This document shows positions 53,153 through 61,669 of a stretch of 64,000 nucleotides of DNA, one piece after another. This stretch comes from a virus (lineage: Duplodnaviria; Caudoviricetes), in the IMG/VR virus record IMGVR_UViG_3300011427_000001, positions 1 to 64,000 of that record. The stretch is one strand, 5' to 3'. The position numbers and the translations under genes were made by a program. The notes below the pieces were generated by a model. The model was not told the DNA's origin. It worked only from the letters and a program-made list of their open reading frames with translations, and did no database searches. The stretch's first letter is position 1, and every line of letters starts with the position of its first letter.

Positions 53153-56023
53153 CTAGCGTTTGAAGTTTTGCCGCTGTGACCCACCTCGAGATATGCCATC
53201 CCAAATGGCCCCAACGGTCTCGCGCTTGGTGACTTCACTTTGCCGGGCTAGGTCCTCCCGCGTGACCCCACCCGTGAAGGTCTGATTCACAAGCACAGTG
53301 ATGCCCCCACGATCGGGTTCTTCCATCCCACCCCGCCGGTAGTGGTCGACCACCTCTTCCTGCGGATGCAGCATGGCCATGAACCCACCCCTGCCATCCA
53401 ACCCGCCGGTGCGTGATCCACCTCCAGTTTTCCCACCACCTTCAAACGACATGCCGATGGCCTGCATGTTCGAAATGATACCGAGGCCGTTTGCAATGAT
53501 GGACAAGTATGCTGGGATCTTAGCGTAGAAGGGCAATGCTGAATCGGCCATCACTTGCGCCCCCGCCTTATACATGTTCATCGTTGCCTCAGCGATAGCG
53601 AAGGCCTTGGACGCCGCGAACGACGCCTTATACATCGCACTCTGCTTGCCAAATGCGTTCTCCGAAATGCTGGCAAGTTGATCGAACATGGCCGAGCTGT
53701 TCTGCAGAATCAGCGACGTGCGCTTGCGCTCGAGAACATCAATGTTGGCGATGTACGTCTCCGACATCCGCTCCAGCGTGGCGTTCCGCACCTGCTCCAA
53801 CCGAGTCTGCTCCGCAATGTTCCCTTCCTGCGCTTTGATCTGCCGGTCGTAGTACGCATCGACCACCTTCATCTTCTCTTCAAATGACTTCTCGAGCAGG
53901 GACAGCTCGTTATGATTTTCAATGAACGGATCAATGATGGGGTCCCCGGTCATATCCTTCAACGGACCCTGGCTGAGACCGCCCACAGGCTTGATGAACT
54001 GATTCTGCGTGGCCAACAGCTTCTGCAGTGCCTCGTCATACTCATACGCCGAGAGCACGTTCTTCGCCATCTCATCATCATACTGCGTCCGGGTAATCTT
54101 CCCAGCGGCAAGCGCAGCGTCAAGCTTCTTGACCGACTCGAGACTGGCCCGCATCACGTTGTCCAGTTCCTTGATTTGCTCATTGTAAACCGCAGCCGAT
54201 GGATCCGCCAGCATGTCCCGCAACTTCTTCAGCTCGGGACTCAGGAACGTGATAGCTTCTCCCGCACCCCGTGCACTCGTCTGCACAGCCCGCAAGGTGG
54301 TCACAACGGGAGCCCAAACTGATGAGGTCTTCTCAGCTCCAAAATTGAGTTTGCGCTGCAGTTCCTCCCACCGCTTGAGAAAGTCATCACTGGGCTTCCC
54401 ATCTTTGATGAGCGTATCCAGCGCACTGCCCAACGCCACCACATCTTTCAACGCAGCCTTGGTGTCATTCTCGAGCTCTTTGACAAAGTCGAAACCATCA
54501 AACTTCATCGGCTCGACCGGCTTGCTGAAGTCACCCATCAGGCGTTTGGCGACATTATACACGCCAATCACTTTGTTGATAGCGACATTCCACATCTTGA
54601 TGTTCGCCTCCACCAACTTGCCTGCCGCCAACATCGCACCCGATACCGCAAGTTTGTAGGCTGCAGCGCCAAATTGTGCAGCGGTCACAATCAACTTCCA
54701 ACCGTGCACGACATCCATGAAAACAGTGGTCGCAGTCAATGCCAAAGCCACAATTGTGTCACGCACCTTGCGGGTCGACTCTTCCCATTTCTGCTGCTCA
54801 CCCAAAACCTCTTTCGTCTTGGTGTTGTATTGCTCCAGCGAAAGTGCCCCCGTGGACAACTGGTTGTTGAGCTCCTCGAGATTCGTCTTGGTGTTGCCAA
54901 AAGTGAATCCCAGAGCACGCACAATCGAGATCAGGTCACCGCCCAAAGTGATCAACACGTCCTTTACATTGTTCAGCAAGATGGTGAACTGCGCATTCAA
55001 GCTCTTCAGCTGCTTGCCCGCCACATCCTCGGTCAAGCCGCCTGCATTACGCAGCCCTTCCTCGTACTTGCGAATCTGTCCCGACAATCCCAGCAACGCC
55101 TGCGTCGCACTAATGGACCGATCCTGGAAGCCCAGCATCATCAACGTGGTCCGTCGCTGTTCATCGTTCATCGGCCCCAACGCCTTTTCAAGTTGTTCAA
55201 CAATGTCAGCCAGGTGACGCATCTTACCCGCACCATCAAAAATAGACAGGTTAAAATCGTCCCAGTCTTCCCGATTCTTGATGGACGCACGCTGCAGGTC
55301 GCGGATTACTTGGTGTAACGCGTCACCCGCTGCCTCAGCCTTGATGCCCTGCTGAGCGAACGCGGCCAGGACCGCAACACCTTCCTCCACTTCCTTGTTT
55401 ACCAACCGCAAAGCGTTCGCCGCTTTGGTAGTAAGTGCTTCCGAGAAGTCCTCAACTGAGGCATTAGCCATGATGTTCGCCTTCGTCAGCACATCGGCCA
55501 CTCGCTTCATCCCCAGCATGTTCTTCGCTGCATCACTGGTCCGCAACCCCAACGCACTCTGGGCATCGGCCAATAGTGTCGTCGCTCGGTTCATATCGAA
55601 CATACCAGCTACTGCAAACTTCTCGACCAGCGGCAGGGCCTTCATTGACTGTTGCACATCGAAACCCGCCGATGCTAAGTAATAGTACGACTCTGCCACT
55701 TTCTCCGCACTAGTAATGCTGCTCCGGGAAATCGCTCGAGCAGTGTCTTCCATCTGTGCTCGGGTCTGGTCCGAAACATCTCCCATGATGGCAAGCGACT
55801 TGACCATCGCTGCATCGAACTTCCCAAACTCCCGCACGGCTGCAGCACTGATGAGCGCCATTGACCCTGCGATTGCGACCGATGCATATTTCGCTGCCCG
55901 TGCTGCAGCCTCCATCCGCATTGCCGTATCCATCTCCACCGACTTCATTGCCCTTTGGTACTGCGACGCGTTGGCTTGCAGATAAACTACCAAGGTCCCG
56001 AGTGAAGTGGTGCCTGCAATCAT
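53153..56023 (-). CDS. Tape measure protein (TP901-family domain)
   Basis: 956 aa Ala-rich; A.S.YYLASAG.D repeats; C-terminal GGG.TG...HP.E.V. Confidence 0.92.
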   Translation of the reverse strand: MIAGTTSLGTLVVYLQANASQYQRAMKSVEMDTAMRMEAAARAAKYASVAIAGSMALISAAAVREFGKFDAAMVKSLAIMGDVSDQTRAQMEDTARAISRSSITSAEKVAESYYYLASAGFDVQQSMKALPLVEKFAVAGMFDMNRATTLLADAQSALGLRTSDAAKNMLGMKRVADVLTKANIMANASVEDFSEALTTKAANALRLVNKEVEEGVAVLAAFAQQGIKAEAAGDALHQVIRDLQRASIKNREDWDDFNLSIFDGAGKMRHLADIVEQLEKALGPMNDEQRRTTLMMLGFQDRSISATQALLGLSGQIRKYEEGLRNAGGLTEDVAGKQLKSLNAQFTILLNNVKDVLITLGGDLISIVRALGFTFGNTKTNLEELNNQLSTGALSLEQYNTKTKEVLGEQQKWEESTRKVRDTIVALALTATTVFMDVVHGWKLIVTAAQFGAAAYKLAVSGAMLAAGKLVEANIKMWNVAINKVIGVYNVAKRLMGDFSKPVEPMKFDGFDFVKELENDTKAALKDVVALGSALDTLIKDGKPSDDFLKRWEELQRKLNFGAEKTSSVWAPVVTTLRAVQTSARGAGEAITFLSPELKKLRDMLADPSAAVYNEQIKELDNVMRASLESVKKLDAALAAGKITRTQYDDEMAKNVLSAYEYDEALQKLLATQNQFIKPVGGLSQGPLKDMTGDPIIDPFIENHNELSLLEKSFEEKMKVVDAYYDRQIKAQEGNIAEQTRLEQVRNATLERMSETYIANIDVLERKRTSLILQNSSAMFDQLASISENAFGKQSAMYKASFAASKAFAIAEATMNMYKAGAQVMADSALPFYAKIPAYLSIIANGLGIISNMQAIGMSFEGGGKTGGGSRTGGLDGRGGFMAMLHPQEEVVDHYRRGGMEEPDRGGITVLVNQTFTGGVTREDLARQSEVTKRETVGAIWDGISRGGSQRQNFKR

Positions 56024-56391
56024 TTTTTCTTCCGGCGTTTGTGGTTGGGTCTATCTATGCCTACTGTGAATTTCCAGGCCTGTTTCGAAGATGCGATGTG
56101 TGCTTTGCGTTCGCTTTCGGTTAGTACAGTTTTGGTTGGTGTCTTGCGCGTGAACTTGATAATGAAATCACTCAGTCTTGGTTTCTTTTTGTTCTTCACC
56201 CACGAGCGTCGCACTTCACAAGTGAGCTGAGCCAAGTAATGATAAAGAGGGTCAAACGCATTCGCCTCCTGCAGTAAAAACTCCTTCCACTCCAGAAACT
56301 CCGTGCTCGTTGTCTTAGCCTGGAGTTCCTGAAGCGGGGTGTGGAGTTTTAACGCGAGGGTGAACCAGTCTCGGCGTTCGCCCGTCAGACG
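56020..56391 (-). CDS. Tail assembly chaperone T-segment (reached by -1 frameshift)
   Basis: Open -1 frame RLTGERRDWFTLALKL...EFLEW running to the TMP start. Confidence 0.75.
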   Translation of the reverse strand, partial: RLTGERRDWFTLALKLHTPLQELQAKTTSTEFLEWKEFLLQEANAFDPLYHYLAQLTCEVRRSWVKNKKKPRLSDFIIKFTRKTPTKTVLTESERKAHIASSKQAWKFTVGIDRPNHKRRKKK

Positions 56392-56735
56392 TTTTTTGCT
56401 GCCTCCTCACCAGCTTCCTTTCCTGTAGCAAGACCGCTGAGCTTCTGCGACTCAGCATACAATGCTTCAACCACCGTAGACGGCCAGCCCTTGATTTCGG
56501 TCTCGAGAACCAATTGACCTTGCGGGTCCCGCATTGACAGGCTCAGCAAATGGGTCTGCAGGCCATCAAAGTTCTTGATACCGGTGACCTTTCCCTTCTC
56601 GTCCATCTTAACGCGATTGGCCGAGACGTTGAGATAGGCATCACGCTGCTGACCTGTGAGCTCAGTCAGCGTGTATTGCTTCTCGTCGAGCTCGACCGGA
56701 AGGGTTTTGAGTTTGAGGGTGAATTTGAGTGACAT
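56385..56735 (-). CDS. Tail assembly chaperone G
   Basis: Between MTP and TMP; ends at the slippery site. Confidence 0.8.
   Translation of the reverse strand: MSLKFTLKLKTLPVELDEKQYTLTELTGQQRDAYLNVSANRVKMDEKGKVTGIKNFDGLQTHLLSLSMRDPQGQLVLETEIKGWPSTVVEALYAESQKLSGLATGKEAGEEAAKNV
56391..56397 (-). other. -1 ribosomal frameshift slippery heptamer A AAA AAC
   Basis: GCA AAA AAC GTC TGA; canonical X XXY YYZ. Confidence 0.8.
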
Positions 56736-56779
56736 TGGGTTCTTTCGTTTTTGGTTTCTAAGCACCTGACCCGGTTGGG

Positions 56780-57232
56780 TTAAGGATTGTCAGTGTCGTT
56801 CGTGTCGCCCACGGAGTCGATGTAGACCGGCGCAATCTCCGCGCCGTCAGCATCTTGATTGGAGGGCACGATGGTACAGTCCGCCGTGGGTTGTTCACCC
56901 TCGACGTTCTCACCCGGCGTGAATTCGTCCAGCCAACCCCAGAACTGGAGCAAGCTGCCGTCCGCAAATTCGACTTCAATCACCTGATTGACGCCGATCA
57001 TCGCGAGCAGTTGCACGTAGACCGCCGTATCGTAGGCCGCCGTAAACGACATCGGGGTCAGGGACTTGAGGTGCTTGGGAGCGTTCGTGCGCCAAATCTC
57101 ATTGCGCATCGTGGTCGTATCAGTGGGACCGCCAGCGGAAATGCCGGGAGGAGTGACAGCCTTCTCCCAGAGCTTCACACCGGCGTTGAGGCTGAAGGAA
57201 ATCAGCGTCTGGTGGCCGTCGTCGATTCTCAT
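56780..57232 (-). CDS. Major tail tube protein
   Basis: VTPPG...DTTT, G..LQFWGWL..F.PG; GC3 bias. Confidence 0.8.
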   Translation of the reverse strand: MRIDDGHQTLISFSLNAGVKLWEKAVTPPGISAGGPTDTTTMRNEIWRTNAPKHLKSLTPMSFTAAYDTAVYVQLLAMIGVNQVIEVEFADGSLLQFWGWLDEFTPGENVEGEQPTADCTIVPSNQDADGAEIAPVYIDSVGDTNDTDNP

Positions 57233-57252
57233 GGTATTGTTTTGGTTGGTGG

Positions 57253-57675
57253 TTAGCTGAGCGAGAGAAGGATGTTCAAGGAGAACATTTCACGTCGGTT
57301 TCCGCCTGGCTCAGCCCCCAGAGGGAGGACCGTATTGTGACGCCTGACAGAATGAAGCATGTAGTCGATGGACTCCAAAGTAATTGACCTGCGGTAGAGC
57401 GCGTCGAGTACCGCTTCCACTGCTTTGGCTTTGGTCCACCCTTCCGAAAAAGTCTTTGCGCGGAATTGAATTTGAACGGCCGGCTTCTGAATCACTTCCC
57501 CGGTCCGCATGATGCGCCCCTGTTTCTCCGCCCCCGTGTCAATTGTGCAAACGGCGTTGTCCGGGGTGTCAGGCATGCTGTTAATGAAACACGGCCAGGT
57601 GGCCGAGGTGTGCGCATTCACCAAACTCTCGTCCAGCAGGAGTTTCTTCAACACTTGTGCGGGGGAAGCGCTCAT
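57253..57675 (-). CDS. Tail terminator protein
   Basis: MPDTPDNAV..DTG, P.VQIQFRA; position. Confidence 0.65.
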   Translation of the reverse strand: MSASPAQVLKKLLLDESLVNAHTSATWPCFINSMPDTPDNAVCTIDTGAEKQGRIMRTGEVIQKPAVQIQFRAKTFSEGWTKAKAVEAVLDALYRRSITLESIDYMLHSVRRHNTVLPLGAEPGGNRREMFSLNILLSLS

Positions 57676-58094
57676 CGGTAGTCGTACGCGGTACGGCGCA
57701 CAATGGCAGTCACGTTGTCTTTCTCTTCCCGCACCGGAATTTCCAGGAACTTCGGATGCGCCTTGCCCTGCGGGTCCCAATATCGGCCTTTGTGCGGGGG
57801 GTTGGGCAGGCGCTGCAGCCCCTTCCACGTGCCCTTGGCTTCGTGCACGAACAGTGCGTAGAACGCAGTATACCCCACGGTCACCTGCGTCTGAAACCCC
57901 GTACCAGTGGAACGAGTGAAAGCCGATGCCTTCAGCGGACCGAACTCCACGGGGACTTGCTGCTGGCTTGCTCGCTGGATGTGCAGCCCACCTTTCTTCA
58001 GCCCCAGTGAAACGCCCCGGCGGAAACGCTCATCCCTTCGGTACAGGTTCATTATGACCTGTCGGACTCCTGTGATGTGAACAAATGAGGCCAT
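57672..58094 (-). CDS. Tail completion protein (HK97 gp10-like)
   Basis: VPVEFGPLKAS, YALFVHE, KFLE.P. Confidence 0.7.
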   Translation of the reverse strand: MASFVHITGVRQVIMNLYRRDERFRRGVSLGLKKGGLHIQRASQQQVPVEFGPLKASAFTRSTGTGFQTQVTVGYTAFYALFVHEAKGTWKGLQRLPNPPHKGRYWDPQGKAHPKFLEIPVREEKDNVTAIVRRTAYDYR

Positions 58095-58095
58095 A

Positions 58096-58515
58096 TTACA
58101 TGGGAGCGCGCACGGGACCGAGAAAGGCGGTGCGCAGGAACTTCGTTGCTCGGATGTTTGGGTTTTTGGCCCAACCAAGAATTTCAAGTGCACCTGACAC
58201 TACCTCGACCGAGCTGTCGTTGGTATCATTGGTGCTGTTGCTATCATTGGAGTCCTCGAGATCGGCCAAGGTGCCCAGCATGAGGCAGTCGCCTAGTGAC
58301 ATGTCCCGGTCCACGTAGACCACGGACATCGAGTGTTCCAGCGTGCCGTGCCGACCAATGAACTCACGAATCTCGTCGTCCCAGCGACACTTGATTTGCA
58401 CGGGAAGCTCCCACATGGGACGTCCGTCTTCGCTGTTGACCAGAGCACCGTTGGTGTCACGCTGCCGTGCCCACCAAACTGCGTCCTGCTTGCACATGCG
58501 TTCAATGATGCTCAT
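58096..58515 (-). CDS. Head closure (stopper) protein
   Basis: P.QIKCRWD, VYVDRD..LGD; position. Confidence 0.6.
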   Translation of the reverse strand: MSIIERMCKQDAVWWARQRDTNGALVNSEDGRPMWELPVQIKCRWDDEIREFIGRHGTLEHSMSVVYVDRDMSLGDCLMLGTLADLEDSNDSNSTNDTNDSSVEVVSGALEILGWAKNPNIRATKFLRTAFLGPVRAPM

Positions 58516-58913
58516 GCGTAGGCCTCTTCATCCCCCGCGGCAGTACCCAGCCATTTCAGACCGGACTTGATGCGGCCTTCCATCAAAGCCTTTTGCAGCC
58601 GAGCCAGTCCACCCTTGGTGTCAAGCAGCATCGCCATCTGCCCTTCCTTGGTCTGCATCAACAGCAGGTCCACCTTGTGCTGGAAAGACTCCGCCACGGG
58701 ACCCGCTTTTTCACTCGCAACCGCTTGGTCCCGAATCTTGTAGAAGTGCGCGGACAGCCACCGTTCAATCAGCTCGAGCCGAGTGTCACTGTACTCCAAC
58801 GGCACGCACACCTCCGTCACGATTTCATTCGCAGCGGCAATGAACGCTTCCAAGTCGATAGCAGCATCAACTTCAACAACGAGTTCAACTTGCGATGCGG
58901 TTGTCCGTGGCAT
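58512..58913 (-). CDS. Head-tail adaptor protein
   Basis: RTT..V, IERWLSAHF, T.EGQ.A..LD. Confidence 0.65.
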   Translation of the reverse strand: MPRTTASQVELVVEVDAAIDLEAFIAAANEIVTEVCVPLEYSDTRLELIERWLSAHFYKIRDQAVASEKAGPVAESFQHKVDLLLMQTKEGQMAMLLDTKGGLARLQKALMEGRIKSGLKWLGTAAGDEEAYA

Positions 58914-59529
58914 GGCTGAGATACTGTGAGAATTCAGCCTTCGGGAAGAAGGGAATCGAACTCTCGGGATTGAGGTTGATAATCTCGCGACCGGGAAACA
59001 CCCGGGGAAGGTCGGTTGCTATGGCCTGCCATCCTTCGAGGAACTTGGGGAAGACTTTCATGTTAATCCCCTGCGTGGTCCATTGGTGCCAGTGTGCATC
59101 AACGCTGGTATCAGCTTTGCAGTCCATTCCCAGCAGGAAGACCCGCTGTGCCCCCATAACCAACGACAGCGAAACTGCCGAGCATCCACTGTTGCCCCCG
59201 AAACCCACCACGTTGGGGAAGAGCCCCCTCTTCTGCCGCGGGAGGTTCTTCAACCAAGGGATACCCGCCCCTTTGACCATCAAGGACGGGCAGTGCGTTA
59301 TCACATCTCCCGGGAACTTGGCCAGCTCTTCCTTGAAGGAATGATACCAAGGCAGGTCAGAAAAGAAACACACGTTGCACACGTCCGCCCCCAGCTTGAA
59401 CGCAGCATTGCATCCAATGGTGTTGCGACCGCGCAGCAACGTGAAGTCAAAACCAGACAAGGACTTTCCGCCGCCAATTACGAATACATCAGCGCCGGTC
59501 CATCTCTTGTCTGGCTTCCACAGTGGCAT
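58885..59529 (-). CDS. Maf/DUF115 (MptE-like, sialyltransferase-fold) transferase
   Basis: VFVIGGGKSL, TIGCNAA, FFSD, GGNSG..A..L...MGA.RVFLLGMD. Confidence 0.7.
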   Translation of the reverse strand: MPLWKPDKRWTGADVFVIGGGKSLSGFDFTLLRGRNTIGCNAAFKLGADVCNVCFFSDLPWYHSFKEELAKFPGDVITHCPSLMVKGAGIPWLKNLPRQKRGLFPNVVGFGGNSGCSAVSLSLVMGAQRVFLLGMDCKADTSVDAHWHQWTTQGINMKVFPKFLEGWQAIATDLPRVFPGREIINLNPESSIPFFPKAEFSQYLSHATDNRIAS

Positions 59530-59532
59530 CGG

Positions 59533-59985
59533 TTACACGAGCGACTTGATGAACTTCTCGAGCTCCTTCTTGTTGAGCGCGGAGTCGTTCAGTTTGTCAT
59601 TGGGCACACCGTCTTCGGCCACGTTGTATTTGCCGTCTTCGGCCCTGAAGACCTTGAGCTTCCCCGCGGCCTTCGGGAACTCCGTGGTCACGTCTTCGCC
59701 CAGCGGGTTGACCAAGTCATCCTCCGCGGGCTTGTCTTCCTGCACCTTTGCGGCGGCGATCTTGCGCCGGGACGGCTTCGTGTCAATCGGTGCAGCCTCG
59801 GCCGGGAGCTTGGCCCCCGACGCCGCCATCTCGAGGTCTTTCCGCCGTTTGAATTTGTTGGGGAAGAGCGCACACAGATCGTCGTGAAAATCAACGATGT
59901 CACCCTTCACGTACTTGCGACTGGCTTTCTTGCCGTCAGCTGACATGGGACCATAGTGGTTCCCGCCTACGAGTTCGAACTTCAT
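59533..59985 (-). CDS. Hypothetical virion-region protein (Lys/Asp-rich)
   Basis: Strong GC3 bias; directly after MCP. Confidence 0.65.
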   Translation of the reverse strand: MKFELVGGNHYGPMSADGKKASRKYVKGDIVDFHDDLCALFPNKFKRRKDLEMAASGAKLPAEAAPIDTKPSRRKIAAAKVQEDKPAEDDLVNPLGEDVTTEFPKAAGKLKVFRAEDGKYNVAEDGVPNDKLNDSALNKKELEKFIKSLV

Positions 59986-60028
59986 TGGGTTACTTCTTTT
60001 TAGGTTACGAGTCTGACCCTGCTACCTA

Positions 60029-60059
60029 AGTGCCCGCCGCGGGTCGCACGACGGGCACT
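60029..60059 (-). terminator. Stable hairpin after MCP (no U-tract)
   Basis: 11-bp stem AGTGCCCGTCG/CGGCGGGCACT. Confidence 0.4.
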
Positions 60060-60082
60060 ACAAACGAACAGGCAAGCAGCGT

Positions 60083-61141
60083 TTAGGCCACGTTGCCGTT
60101 GATGACACCGCTGTTGCCGTTGATGTCGCTGCGGAGCTGCGGCACCTGGATGGTCATCACCTTGAAGTGCAGCTCCAAGCCGCCCTTCGACTCCCATTGC
60201 AGGGTGGTGATTTCCATGCCGATGATCTCGCGGATGACGTCCTCGGTCAACTGGACCAGCGACATGCGGTAGCCGGTCATGTAGTCGAGCGTGACCACGT
60301 CGACGATGTCCTTGATCTTGGCGATGCGCTCGCGCAGGGTGTTGTCCCCCTTCGCATCGGAGTAGTCGTCGTCCAGGTGTTCGTCCCACGCCGGAGCGTT
60401 GAACAGAATCCACGGGCCGTAGTGGAACGCGTCCTGGCTCTTCTGCTTCATCGCCAGCACTTCCCGCACCGTCGTGGCCGGGGTCCAAGCCGAGTCGGTC
60501 GGATTGGTCAACACCTGGCTCTGAGCGTCCGGGAAGTTGATGATGCCGTAGATGTATCCACCGGCGTACTTGTACGACCCATAGGTACCGATCAGGAGCT
60601 GTTCACACAGCTCAGCAACGCGCCGGGAAGCCAGCGTGGCGTTGCTCGTGTCCAGCGGGGACCCGCCATTGCGGCTCACGTTCAGCTCCCGGAGGAAGAT
60701 GCTGAAGTCCTTGTAGATGACCGGGAGCGGAATGCTGCCCAGCTCGTACTCGGGACGGTCGTTCTGCGATTCCCGCACCGGGTTCATCGCCATCTCGGCC
60801 GGCGTGATGTCCGACTGCGTTTGCGTCTGCAGAACAGTCTTGGCCATGCCATCGAGGGTGAACGTGAGACCCCGCTTGCGGATCTCGGTCACCGCCCGCA
60901 GGCGCGGCTTGGCCGCAGCGACGATGGCCTTGTCGAGAAGGATCCATTCGTCCTTGCGCATGGTCGCGGTGGCGTTGCTGATGAGCTCGGGCTGTTCCTT
61001 GCCCGTGCTCTTGTTGGTGACGGTGATGTAGGTACCGCGACCGTCGATCGAATAGGGGCGAAGCACGCGCGGGTCCATGTTCGATTCCAGCAGAGCTGAA
61101 GCGACCGAACCGTGTGCCTTCCCGTTGAGAATGAAGTCCAT
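60083..61141 (-). CDS. Major capsid protein (HK97 fold, linocin/encapsulin-like)
   Basis: LPVIYKDFSIFLREL..SR..G.PLDT..A..A.R.VAE; strongest GC3 bias; follows protease and decoration genes. Confidence 0.85.
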   Translation of the reverse strand: MDFILNGKAHGSVASALLESNMDPRVLRPYSIDGRGTYITVTNKSTGKEQPELISNATATMRKDEWILLDKAIVAAAKPRLRAVTEIRKRGLTFTLDGMAKTVLQTQTQSDITPAEMAMNPVRESQNDRPEYELGSIPLPVIYKDFSIFLRELNVSRNGGSPLDTSNATLASRRVAELCEQLLIGTYGSYKYAGGYIYGIINFPDAQSQVLTNPTDSAWTPATTVREVLAMKQKSQDAFHYGPWILFNAPAWDEHLDDDYSDAKGDNTLRERIAKIKDIVDVVTLDYMTGYRMSLVQLTEDVIREIIGMEITTLQWESKGGLELHFKVMTIQVPQLRSDINGNSGVINGNVA

Positions 61142-61192
61142 GTTAGAGGATTCCTTTTGGGTGGTTTTGTTGTTGGTTGTTTCGCTTCGGCC

Positions 61193-61621
61193 TTACATGG
61201 CCCGAGCACGAATTCTGGTTGCGACCGCGCTTGAAGCGCTGAGGTCGAGAGCCTCGAGAACAACGAACAGCTTCTCGCCGCTCGTGAACTCCTGGAAGTT
61301 GCCGTTGCCGGCGCTTTCCAAGAACTCGCCTTCGTTGACGTTCTCACCCGCGTCGAGCATGACCGCGAGTTCGTCGCCCGGCTTGGCAATGCCAAACCCG
61401 ACTTGGTCGTCAACCGCGTAGTTGTCGTCAACCGACTTGCCCTGCAGCGCGTCTTCACGCGCAATGAGCAATTCGGCCGAGCCGCCCGCGGTGGAATGAC
61501 GCAGGACCTTGAGGTCGCCGTCGATCTTGATCAGCTGGCCCGGGGTGATGATCCCAGATGCGACGGCTTCGTCGTAGCGGGGGCAACCCTTGAGGAAGAT
61601 TGTGTGATAATCGGTAGCCAT
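61193..61621 (-). CDS. Capsid decoration/cement protein
   Basis: ITPGQLI, LDAGENV.EG.FLESAGNG; between scaffold and MCP. Confidence 0.7.
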   Translation of the reverse strand: MATDYHTIFLKGCPRYDEAVASGIITPGQLIKIDGDLKVLRHSTAGGSAELLIAREDALQGKSVDDNYAVDDQVGFGIAKPGDELAVMLDAGENVNEGEFLESAGNGNFQEFTSGEKLFVVLEALDLSASSAVATRIRARAM

Positions 61622-61669
61622 TGTCGATGTCTCCTAGATTGATTGGTTGATGGTTGAGTGGGAGGAGAC

